A stretch of 48,634 nucleotides of DNA from a virus. A model generated the notes under the pieces. It did no database searches, was not told the origin of the DNA, and saw only the letters and a program-made list of their open reading frames with translations. A program made the translations under genes and the position numbers. The stretch lies in the IMG/VR virus record IMGVR_UViG_3300045988_068629, positions 1 to 48,634 of that record, one strand, 5' to 3'. Below, piece after piece: positions 33,187 to 41,180 of this stretch (its first letter is position 1; each line of letters opens with the position of its first letter).

Positions 33187-33958
33187 ACTTCTGTTTGAAT
33201 TTAGTTACTACATCTTGCATCTCTTTAGGGAGATAGCCCCACGCCTTGTCTTGGATATGCTGAGGTATTCCGTAATAGGCTTCAGCAATACTACCCGTAA
33301 TGGCAGCTATTGTGTCGCTATCGCCACCTATTGACACAGCAAGGCGGATAGCACTTTCAAAGTCTGTGCTTTCAAGAAAGCAAACTATTGCTTGTGGCAC
33401 GGTTACTTGGCAAGTCTCATTAAAGGTGTTTGTGCGTCTGATTTCATCGGAGGTTTGTTGGATATTGTAGCCATACATTTCGGCTACTTCTCGCACTAAT
33501 TGCTTGCCATTCTCTTGATTTTTGCGAGAACACAAAGCCATTTTAATACAGCTTGCCACGCATTCAGCCCCCTTGATCCCTTCGGGGTGATTGTGTGTGC
33601 ACTCTGCGCTTTCCCGTGCAAACTTCATTACGTTATGAGCTTCTGTAATGTATCCACAAGGCGACACTCGCATTGCTGACCCATTACCAAAACTATTGTA
33701 TGGTTTAGGGTTAGGAGAATGAACCCATCGACCGAAAGAACCGCCATAAGCTCCCTTGGGATTTGGGTATTTTCTGCACCATTCAAGTAATGATTGTTCA
33801 AAACTCACTCCTCGCAAGATTGCATCTGCAACGGCAACCGTGCATATTGTGTCATCTGTGAAAGAGCATTCATTTGTGAACATCTCAAAATCTAATCTAT
33901 GTGTATTGTTGAACTCAAAACGAGAACCAACAATATCTCCTATTATTGCACCTAACAT
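33179..33958 (-). CDS. ADP-ribosylglycohydrolase family protein
   Basis: Carries MLGAIIGDIVGSRFEF, SFGNGSAMRVSP, THNHPEG and IGGDSDTIAAITGSIAEAYYG, all hallmark ARH/DraG-family motifs. Confidence 0.88.
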   Translation of the reverse strand: MLGAIIGDIVGSRFEFNNTHRLDFEMFTNECSFTDDTICTVAVADAILRGVSFEQSLLEWCRKYPNPKGAYGGSFGRWVHSPNPKPYNSFGNGSAMRVSPCGYITEAHNVMKFARESAECTHNHPEGIKGAECVASCIKMALCSRKNQENGKQLVREVAEMYGYNIQQTSDEIRRTNTFNETCQVTVPQAIVCFLESTDFESAIRLAVSIGGDSDTIAAITGSIAEAYYGIPQHIQDKAWGYLPKEMQDVVTKFKQKYG

Positions 33959-34004
33959 ATCTATTTCTTTTCTTTTCCCGATTTTGATAGATCTATGCGC
34001 TCCA

Positions 34005-34784
34005 TTACGCAACCCCTCCTTTCTGTTCAAACACCTGGTGCAAGAACCATCTACCGCGCTCTGTCCACACGGTTATGCTGTTCGTGCCTTGCGTGCCGTC
34101 TTGCTTGGTGTATGGGTGCGTGCGGGTCTTGGTGTAGTTTTGCCCGCAATACTTCGCTGCAAGCATCCATTGCCCGCTCTGGCGAATCATGATGCCCCAT
34201 GACTTCAAGAGCGCGTGCAGCTGTTCGGCGGTGCGCAAGTCCAACTCCTTTGCCATCTGTGTAGACGTGTAGGTGTTGGAGGCGTTAAGCACGTTGTCGG
34301 TGTATTCTACCTTGGGCGCTTGCTCTTTCAGCTGCTCGCTTTGGCTTGTGATGACCGCTTGCGCCGCTTGCAGTTGCCGTTGGCTCTTCTCAATGGTGGA
34401 TTGCGCCACCATCAAGGCGCGCGCCATGATAAGCTCGGGCGTGTCTTCGGGCTGTGTGGCGATGTAACCGCCTGTTTGCCTTATGGCTGGTAACACCTCT
34501 TCGCACACCCAATCCTGGAATTGTTCGGCTTCTACTTTGCGAGATTGGAAGATGCACCGGTACAGATTTGCTTCTGTAATGAAGTTAAGTTGCTGGATGC
34601 CTCCATTTGTAGGGGTGTCACTAATAGTTACCCCCTTTTGGCTTAATTGTGTTTTTACCTGTCTTGGATTTTTCAATCCAAGAGCCTTGCACACATCGAC
34701 AAGGCAAAACAGGGGGTCGCCGTTTTCGGTCTTGGATGTTCGCACCTGACCAAATTTGGCACTCTCAAATACTCTCACTTCCAT
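34005..34784 (-). CDS. BRO-N / KilAC-domain antirepressor-like protein
   Basis: N-terminus: VFESAKFGQVRTSKTENGDPLFCLVDVCKALGL (Bro-N). C-terminus: YTSTQMAKELDLRTAEQLHALLKSWGIMIRQSGQWMLAAKY (KilAC-like). Confidence 0.75.
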   Translation of the reverse strand: MEVRVFESAKFGQVRTSKTENGDPLFCLVDVCKALGLKNPRQVKTQLSQKGVTISDTPTNGGIQQLNFITEANLYRCIFQSRKVEAEQFQDWVCEEVLPAIRQTGGYIATQPEDTPELIMARALMVAQSTIEKSQRQLQAAQAVITSQSEQLKEQAPKVEYTDNVLNASNTYTSTQMAKELDLRTAEQLHALLKSWGIMIRQSGQWMLAAKYCGQNYTKTRTHPYTKQDGTQGTNSITVWTERGRWFLHQVFEQKGGVA

Positions 34785-35013
34785 TTGTAGAACGCTTTGA
34801 AAGATGGGCAATAAGAAACGGTATTGCCTTTCCCGTCGTTCTACACCTCAAAGGCAGTGGGTGCATTAACACGCCACACGGGGGTACAATACCGTTGTAT
34901 GTTTTGTTGGGGCAAAAAAATACCGCCAACGTGATGTCAAGCGGTCAATCCGCCTTTGAGGAAGTAGAACACTGCAAATGTAAGCATTCTTTTTGAATGT
35001 GCAAGCGCTTGTG

Positions 35014-35487
35014 TTACTTTGCGAGGTCTTCGCGTCTGAAAAAGATGCCCACGGCTAAGCCTGGTGCGTCTTCCGGCTTTTTGTCGTAGACAAGCACGGT
35101 CTTATCAGATTTCCAAATGTACTTATCTCCGTCTTGTTCTGCTCCTCCATATAGCCCCACAAGCTCGCTGAGGCACGCATCAATAAACGCTGGCTCAACA
35201 TAGAACAGGATGTTTCGTGCAGTGTAATCAACAAACTTCACTCGCACCCGTTTTAGATTCGCTGTATTCAAAACGCAGTAGTCCTCGCTTAGCAGGCATA
35301 GCGCGTTTCCCTTTTCCACTTTGCCGATTAGGTCTAACACGGTAAGGTGTTTGGTTATTGAATCGTTGAGCATGACGGGGTATATCCCACAGCGCTTGTC
35401 AAGATACCCAAGCTCCCCTTTCACCTGTGCATTGGCGAATAGCGTGGTGCAGGCTATTGCTATTACAGCAAGTATAAATCGCTTCAT
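35014..35487 (-). CDS. Secreted or lipoprotein-like hypothetical protein (lysogenic-conversion candidate)
   Basis: The signal peptide is MKRFILAVIAIACTTLFANAQ. The start at 35487 lies 30 nt downstream of a minus-strand TAccTTTG box. Confidence 0.55.
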   Translation of the reverse strand: MKRFILAVIAIACTTLFANAQVKGELGYLDKRCGIYPVMLNDSITKHLTVLDLIGKVEKGNALCLLSEDYCVLNTANLKRVRVKFVDYTARNILFYVEPAFIDACLSELVGLYGGAEQDGDKYIWKSDKTVLVYDKKPEDAPGLAVGIFFRREDLAK

Positions 35488-35517
35488 TGCTTCTCTGTGT
35501 TGGTTGTTTACTACCTG

Positions 35518-35525
35518 CAAAGGTA
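35518..35525 (-). promoter_or_regulatory. Bacteroidota-type -7 box TAccTTTG (minus strand)
   Basis: The plus strand reads caaaggta, upstream of the ATG at 35487. Confidence 0.5.
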
Positions 35526-35711
35526 GGTAAATCAATCAAAGTGCGTGCAACGCACATTCCCCCAAAACAAAGAAATTCATCGCCCTATGTGTGTCAAGAA
35601 ATCGGAGATTTCGCCCCAACACACATATACGAACGTTAGTGAGTATATGGGTGTATATATATATACTTTCCTTTCCTTTTCTTTTCTTTGGATACCAAAT
35701 GCACTGCAAAA

Positions 35712-35922
35712 GCTATGCAATTGCATAACATTTGCATTAAGTATCTGATAATCAGCATACATTTTTGGCGACTTCAATACGCATCACGCCTATTTGTGGG
35801 CTATCCAGGTGCGTGTTTTTGTGCTGTTTTTGGCAACTTTTGCCACCGTGAAAACATGTGTGCATTGCACCTGCTGTAACCTTGCAATGCAATTGCATTA
35901 CAAATGCTATGCAATTGCATAA
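35712..35922. repeat. Three copies of the 12-bp perfect palindrome ATGCAATTGCAT, two within the 17-mer GCTATGCAATTGCATAA
   Basis: The 17-mer occurs at 35712-35728 and 35906-35922. TGCAATGCAATTGCAT occurs at 35883-35898. A related GTGCATTGCAC is at 35859-35869. Confidence 0.85.
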
Positions 35923-35990
35923 GGCTACATCGTGGTCGCCTTGCAGGGTAATTGTGTGTAACTTAACTACAAAAGGGCTGGGCTATTGGC

Positions 35991-36019
35991 GTGTATCACT
36001 ATGAAACAAGCTATCTTTG
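35991..36019 (+). promoter_or_regulatory. Conserved box GTGTATCACTATGAAA followed by a TAtcTTTG -7 element (head gene promoter candidate)
   Basis: The box is at 35991-36006 and TATCTTTG at 36012-36019. The ATG is at 36049. Confidence 0.55.
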
Positions 36020-36048
36020 TAGTGATTTGTAATACAAACCAATTCAAG

Positions 36049-36735
36049 ATGAACTTTGAACAGATTCTTGCACTACTTGGCGCTAAGTTTCAAGGCGTGC
36101 GAAAGGATGGATTGGCGCAATTGGCGCGCGTTATGGCGCTACAATGCTCCAACGAAGAGGAAGCGAAAGCCCTTGTTGAGAAAGTGACCGAAGCGCAGGT
36201 AACTGATTTCGTCAAGGAGTATCGCAAGGTGGTAGATGCCGAGGTGTCCAATGCTGGAAAGAGCATTGAATCATCTCTACGCAAGAAGCTGGAAGCAGAA
36301 GCAGGTAAGCCCAAGGGCAATGAAGAGCAACCAGCTCCAACAGACCTCGCAGAAGCTATCAAGATGGCGGTGGCAAGTGCCGTACAGCCGTTGCAAGATG
36401 AGCTTACGAAGTACAAGCAGGGCGAAATTGGAAAGTCAAGGCTTCAAGCGCTGAATGACGCACTTTCAAAGTGCAAGGATGAAACGTTCAAGGCTCAAAC
36501 GTTGAAGGACTTTGGGCGTATGAGTTTCAACGACGACGCAGCGTTTAACGAATACTTGTCTGAAAAGGTAGCAGACATCAAGACCACCAACCAAAGTGTG
36601 TCAGATGCAGCTATGTCAGGAGGCGCTGGCGCGCCGCAGTTTGGTCAGAAGACCGAAGGTGGCGTTTCAAAGGCTGTCGCCGACTACGTTGCAAGTAAGT
36701 CCGATGCTGGCGCACTCACGGGCAAGGAACTTTAA
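36049..36735 (+). CDS. Scaffolding protein (putative)
   Basis: 228 aa, highly helical and charged, upstream of the capsid genes. The start was chosen at MNFEQIL, downstream of the promoter box. Confidence 0.5.
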   Translation: MNFEQILALLGAKFQGVRKDGLAQLARVMALQCSNEEEAKALVEKVTEAQVTDFVKEYRKVVDAEVSNAGKSIESSLRKKLEAEAGKPKGNEEQPAPTDLAEAIKMAVASAVQPLQDELTKYKQGEIGKSRLQALNDALSKCKDETFKAQTLKDFGRMSFNDDAAFNEYLSEKVADIKTTNQSVSDAAMSGGAGAPQFGQKTEGGVSKAVADYVASKSDAGALTGKEL

Positions 36736-36749
36736 CGAAAATCGCAAAG

Positions 36750-37316
36750 ATGGGATTTAAGATTGAGAGAGGTCGAGAGCAACGCACGGTTAAGTGCGTG
36801 CTTCATCGCGTTGCCGACATCCCCGGTGGTGTCGGTGTGGCTGTCGCCAACCTTGGTGGGCGTGTCCTCTACGAGGGTACACCGCTTGGCAAGGGTGCTG
36901 GCGACCTTTACGAGGTCTGCAAGACGGCAAAGGTGCTGACCAAGGCAGAAGCATCAGCAACGACCTACGAAGTTGCCAAGGGGCATCACTTTAAGGTGGG
37001 CGACCGCTTCGCCACGGCAGAATGCAACGGGCAGGAAATCGCGTCTATTGACCGCACTGACGCTGCAAAGGACATCATCACGGTCAAGACGTCGCTTGGC
37101 AAGGTGGTAGCCGCTGGCGCTTGTGCCTTTGAGAGTAAGGGTGCAGATACCAAGCTGAAAGTGACGCCTATTGCTGTTGCAGGGTCTGACCAGGATGTGA
37201 ATCCTGGTGACAACCTCTTTGTGTCTGCATGGGTCGTCGCTGTAGTCCGCGAAGCCAACGCACCAGCAGCGAATGACGCTATCAAGTCTGCACTAAAGTG
37301 CGTGGCGTACGTGTAA
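36750..37316 (+). CDS. Capsid-associated protein (decoration-like, putative)
   Basis: 188 aa, Gly/Ala/Val-rich, between the scaffold and major capsid genes, the position gpD holds before gpE in lambda. Confidence 0.35.
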   Translation: MGFKIERGREQRTVKCVLHRVADIPGGVGVAVANLGGRVLYEGTPLGKGAGDLYEVCKTAKVLTKAEASATTYEVAKGHHFKVGDRFATAECNGQEIASIDRTDAAKDIITVKTSLGKVVAAGACAFESKGADTKLKVTPIAVAGSDQDVNPGDNLFVSAWVVAVVREANAPAANDAIKSALKCVAYV

Positions 37317-37335
37317 CATCAAAAAGTAGTCAAAT

Positions 37336-38439
37336 ATGCTGAAATCACGAATGTTCGGGCTTGACGAGAGCAATCTCCAAGCCGTAATTCATACATACGA
37401 CCTTAAGGATTACTACTATCCCACGCTCTTCCCTATCAAGGAGACGGGGCGCCTTGATTGGAAGATGGTTGAGGCGCAGGCGGGTCTAAAGATTGCCGCT
37501 GACCTTGTTTCGCGAGGTGCGACAATCCCCAAGAAGACGCGTGAGGCTCTTGCGCGCATCCAGGGGGACATCCCTAAAATCGCTATCTCCCGTGAAAAGG
37601 ATGAAGAGGAGCTGACGGAGTATGAGCTGCTTGTGCTTCGCGCCACCAACAACCCTGACCTGAAAGCCCTGATTGACTTTTGGGCAGAGGACACTAAGTA
37701 TTGTTGGGACGCTGTCGCCAACCGCGTTGAGTGGGTGGCTCTTCGCCAAATCTCGCTTGGTAAGGTCACGTTCACCAACTCAAATAACGCGGCTGTTGCC
37801 ACGGAGTACAATGTGGATTATAGCATTCCAAGTGGTCAGAAGGTTGGCGTTGCTACCTCTTACACCGCTGGCACGGCTGGTAAGCCCCTTTCCGTGGACA
37901 TTCCCAAGGCTCTGAAAATCGGTAAGAGCGTCGGTGCGAACTACAAGTTCATGTTCATGAACCCCGACACGTTCCTCAAGTTCGCGTCGCAGGAAGAGGT
38001 TGTCAAGAAGTGCGCTACGCTTGTCGAGAATATGACGGGTGCGGCTGATGCACCTGACCTGCAAACGGTCAACGCCTATCTCGCGAAGAAGAAGGAGCAG
38101 TTTAAGGGTCTTCAGATTATCGTCATTGACCAGGATATCACCATTGAGACGGCTGATGGCGACCGTGCCACCAGCAATCCATTTGAAGATGATGTTATCC
38201 TCTTCTCGGAGAGCAAGGTGCTCGGCACGACCTATTGGAAGCGTCCTATCGACGCCAACAAGATTGCCGGCAGTGTCGCTGAGAAGGTCATGCACGGTCA
38301 TACGCTGATTAAGAAGTACTCTACGGAAAGCCCCGTCACGGAGGTCACAGAGGGTATTTCTAACGTGTTCCCCGCGTGGAATCTTGCTGGTCGTTCGGTA
38401 CTTATGCAGGTATCTGCAACGGCTTGGAATAAGAACTAA
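37336..38439 (+). CDS. Major capsid protein (lambda gpE-like family)
   Basis: 367 aa, in the expected position. The N-terminal pattern YYYPTLFPIKETGRLDWKMVEAQAGLKIAADLVSRGATIP resembles Phage_cap_E. Confidence 0.7.
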   Translation: MLKSRMFGLDESNLQAVIHTYDLKDYYYPTLFPIKETGRLDWKMVEAQAGLKIAADLVSRGATIPKKTREALARIQGDIPKIAISREKDEEELTEYELLVLRATNNPDLKALIDFWAEDTKYCWDAVANRVEWVALRQISLGKVTFTNSNNAAVATEYNVDYSIPSGQKVGVATSYTAGTAGKPLSVDIPKALKIGKSVGANYKFMFMNPDTFLKFASQEEVVKKCATLVENMTGAADAPDLQTVNAYLAKKKEQFKGLQIIVIDQDITIETADGDRATSNPFEDDVILFSESKVLGTTYWKRPIDANKIAGSVAEKVMHGHTLIKKYSTESPVTEVTEGISNVFPAWNLAGRSVLMQVSATAWNKN

Positions 38440-38502
38440 AATTGAGTGGTGCGGAGGGGGTGCAAGCCCTCTCCCCATCACATCAATCTACTATCAATCA
38501 AG

Positions 38503-38817
38503 ATGACGAACAAGCAGTATCTCACAAAGGCTCTTTCGAGCTTAAACATGGCGGAGGATGACATTGACATCATTCTTCTAAAGTCTGAGCTTGATGCAGA
38601 TGCAGATGTAGACGTTCGTAGTTGCGATATGGCTACCTACAACCGAATGTCGGTGTTGTTTAATGGCGTGTTGCAGAATGTTTCGGAAGGCGGTTATTCC
38701 GTCTCTTGGAACATGGACGCTGTCAAGCTCTTCTACAACGCTCTATGCAGCGAGTTGGGTGTTGAAAATGTACTGCTTGCACGCCCAAAAGTGCGTAGCC
38801 GCTCACATCTATGGTAA
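38503..38817 (+). CDS. Head-tail connector/adaptor (putative)
   Basis: 104 aa, first gene after the major capsid protein. The ATG at 38503 is preferred over the track start. Confidence 0.4.
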   Translation: MTNKQYLTKALSSLNMAEDDIDIILLKSELDADADVDVRSCDMATYNRMSVLFNGVLQNVSEGGYSVSWNMDAVKLFYNALCSELGVENVLLARPKVRSRSHLW

Positions 38818-39140
38818 AGCAATACCCTCACTACCTCTTTGCCGTCAAGACCTCTGAATCAAAGCAGGGGGAAGATGGCTATTGGAGTGACGGGGAAAGC
38901 TCCATTGAGCTTCTTTCCATGTGCCGTGAGGAGACTGACGGCAGGGGGGCAGAAGTTCAGACCGCAGATGGTACGTATCGCCGTTTCTCTTCGCTGATTC
39001 AGATACCCAAGGGTGCGTTGGTCATAGCCCCAGGCACTAATGTGGTCGTCTCGGAGGATGAAGCCGGCGAAGTGGTGCGCATTAAGGGTGTGGCGTTGAA
39101 GTTTGACAAGGGGCAATTACACTCGCGACTATGGGTATAG
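38811..39140 (+). CDS. Head closure / head-tail joining protein (putative)
   Basis: 109 aa, overlapping both neighbouring genes, as is typical of a connector gene cluster. Confidence 0.4.
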   Translation: MVKQYPHYLFAVKTSESKQGEDGYWSDGESSIELLSMCREETDGRGAEVQTADGTYRRFSSLIQIPKGALVIAPGTNVVVSEDEAGEVVRIKGVALKFDKGQLHSRLWV

Positions 39141-39592
39141 AGGCTCAATTCACGAAAGAGGAAGTCCAGGAGCGATATAGTGCGTTCGTTGGGCAGATTC
39201 AGCAGCAGCAAATCAAGCGTTTGCAGATGCTTGGGGAAATGTGTGTTAATCACGCACGCTCAGTACCCAAGGAAACGGGCTTTGAAGACCAAACGGGCAA
39301 CCTTCGCTCTTCTATTGGTTATGCCGTCTTCGTCGATGGCGTTGCCGTTCATTCAGCCTATGAGGAGGTGAAGGGTGGCGCAGCTGGTGCAAAGGCTGGC
39401 GCAGACCTCTCCCAGAAGATTGGAGAGCGCACGCATGGTGTTTGCCTTGTCGTGACGGCGGGTATGAACTACGCCCTATACGTTGAAGCCCGCGGGCGTG
39501 ATGTAATTGCGTCGGCGGAGCAGTTAGCGGAGAGAGAGTTGCCCAGGATGTTAGACCGATTGATTGAGAATATCAGAAGTGCCGCTGAATGA
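39131..39592 (+). CDS. HK97 gp10-like tail-completion/neck protein (putative)
   Basis: DQTGNLRSSIGYAV is gp10-like. Position supports the call. Confidence 0.45.
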   Translation: MGIEAQFTKEEVQERYSAFVGQIQQQQIKRLQMLGEMCVNHARSVPKETGFEDQTGNLRSSIGYAVFVDGVAVHSAYEEVKGGAAGAKAGADLSQKIGERTHGVCLVVTAGMNYALYVEARGRDVIASAEQLAERELPRMLDRLIENIRSAAE

Positions 39593-40005
39593 AGACATCA
39601 TTTGACATTGACAAGATTGTCTACAAGCTGTTGAGCGGGTCAAGCGAGCTTAAAAGTACCATCACAGGCGGTGTGTACTACTCAAACGACCGTCCCGACG
39701 GCTCAACCAAGGAGGATGTTGTGATAAACACCATAACGATGACGCAGGATTACTTGCCACAGCTGGCAACAAGCAATGTGAACATCTACGTGGCGGACAT
39801 CACGCGCCGAATTGACGGAGTTGAGCAGTCAAAGCCCAACCATGAGCGACTTGCCAAGCTGACAAAGATAGTCTTGGACGTGTTGCGAAGTGCGCAGATT
39901 GAGGGGTTGAAGATAATCCCCGAAAGTCAGTCAGTGCTTAATGACACGACAATCAAGCAGCACTTCTGTAACATACGCATTGCGTGGAACATACAAACAC
40001 ATTAG
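39589..40005 (+). CDS. Tail terminator / neck protein (putative)
   Basis: 138 aa, immediately upstream of the tail tube gene. Confidence 0.4.
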   Translation: MKTSFDIDKIVYKLLSGSSELKSTITGGVYYSNDRPDGSTKEDVVINTITMTQDYLPQLATSNVNIYVADITRRIDGVEQSKPNHERLAKLTKIVLDVLRSAQIEGLKIIPESQSVLNDTTIKQHFCNIRIAWNIQTH

Positions 40006-40017
40006 AGAGGTAGAGAT

Positions 40018-40527
40018 ATGGTAACATTAGGATTAGCAGAGATTCTTGTTGGTACGGCTTCGGAGGCTGGAACGATGCCAGCGGAGAGCGCAATGACCAA
40101 GCTTGGTAAGACCTACAAGGACACCGCCAAGTTCAGTCAGGAAGCATCAGAAGTAACGGAGCATTTTGAGGAGGGGCGCGCCGCTCCAGAGGTGCGAAAG
40201 AAGAGCAAGAAGATTCCAAAGCTGACGTTCAGCATCATGGATGCCGACATCGACGCGCTTGTCAAGTACGTTGGTGGCACGAAGGTCGCTAAGAGCGGGT
40301 CTACGAAGACGCGATGGGCTTTTGACGGCTCGGAGCTGGTAGACAACCGCGCTATTCTTGTCAAGACGGAGCAGGGACTTTATTTTGAAATGCCAAACGC
40401 CGACATTGAAGCCGTTGTAAACGCCGATATGTCCGCAAAGGGTATCTTCCTGGTAGAGTTCACGGTGACGCCCCTTGCAGTGAAAGATGGCAAGGCTCTT
40501 CGTGCGTACGACCCCAAGGAGGCATAG
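40018..40527 (+). CDS. Major tail (tube) protein (putative)
   Basis: 169 aa. It is followed by a strong hairpin, then the chaperone pair and the tape measure. Confidence 0.55.
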   Translation: MVTLGLAEILVGTASEAGTMPAESAMTKLGKTYKDTAKFSQEASEVTEHFEEGRAAPEVRKKSKKIPKLTFSIMDADIDALVKYVGGTKVAKSGSTKTRWAFDGSELVDNRAILVKTEQGLYFEMPNADIEAVVNADMSAKGIFLVEFTVTPLAVKDGKALRAYDPKEA

Positions 40528-40561
40528 TAAGTGTGCTTTTCATTGTTTAGTTGTTGTGTTG

Positions 40562-40600
40562 GAAGCCCTCAGACCCCGTGTTTGGGGGCTTCTTTCTTTC
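40562..40600 (+). terminator. Rho-independent terminator/attenuator after the tail tube gene
   Basis: The stem gaagccctcagac / gtgtttgggggcttc includes G-U pairs and is followed by tttctttc. Confidence 0.6.
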
Positions 40601-40607
40601 CACAGAT

Positions 40608-41180
40608 ATGAGTGACGAAAAGAAAGCATTGACCCAGGAGCGCTCAGAGCTGAATGCCCTAATCGGTAGGGGCGTTTCCTTTGAAGTTGAGGACGTGCAG
40701 GTGCAGAGTTCGCCGCGCTTCTTCGGTCTATTCGAGAAGAAGAGCATTGTGCCTGTGACGCGCACTTTCATCATCCAAGAGCCTACACTTGGCACGCTTG
40801 ACAGGCTTTCCGCAGAGTGGGTGGAAATGGCTATTGACGAAGAGGAGCTAAAGGGCGAAGATGCCATGTACCAGGCGCGACTATTAGCCAAGAAGCACGC
40901 GTTGCGATGTGCAAAGGTCATAGCCCTGGCGGTGATTGGGTCGGACTACCTTGTCCCAAAGGTCTTCAAGGGCGGTGTTGTTGGCTACGGACGCGACACG
41001 GAGCGCCTTGAAGAGCTGACCGCCCTATTTGCGCGAAGAATCAAGCCATCAGAGCTGTATCAGCTGTACACCTTGATTGGCGCAATGTGCAACTTCGGGG
41101 ATTTTTTGAACTCTATCAGATTGATGTCCGCCGACCGAACATCCAGCCCAATCAAGATAGAGGAAAACAGCGAGGTCTAA
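40608..41180 (+). CDS. Tail assembly chaperone (gpG-like, zero-frame product)
   Basis: 190 aa, directly upstream of the tape measure. It overlaps a -1 frame ORF. Confidence 0.65.
   Translation: MSDEKKALTQERSELNALIGRGVSFEVEDVQVQSSPRFFGLFEKKSIVPVTRTFIIQEPTLGTLDRLSAEWVEMAIDEEELKGEDAMYQARLLAKKHALRCAKVIALAVIGSDYLVPKVFKGGVVGYGRDTERLEELTALFARRIKPSELYQLYTLIGAMCNFGDFLNSIRLMSADRTSSPIKIEENSEV

Larger units (their letters stand above)
35536..36048. other. Largest non-coding region: hairpins, (TA)n, pyrimidine tract and three ATGCAATTGCAT palindromes; candidate ori or regulatory hub
   Basis: Hairpin GTGCGT-gca-ACGCAC lies at 35541-35555. Nested hairpin TATGTGTGT...ACACACATA lies at 35586-35627. The (TA) run is at 35654-35665 and the CTTTCC-type tract at 35666-35692. 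The palindromes are at 35715-35726, 35887-35898 and 35909-35920. Confidence 0.6.

Noticed and set aside
35545-35879. Three 63-67-aa ORFs inside the large non-coding region
   Set aside because: They overlap one another on both strands and run through palindromes and simple repeats. They have no start context or recognisable peptide features.
38440-38475. Imperfect GC hairpin after the major capsid gene as a terminator
   Set aside because: The stem needs a G-U pair and no T-tract follows. It may affect mRNA stability, but the support is too weak to annotate.
37780-38481. 233-aa minus-strand ORF
   Set aside because: It is antisense to the major capsid gene and has no independent support.
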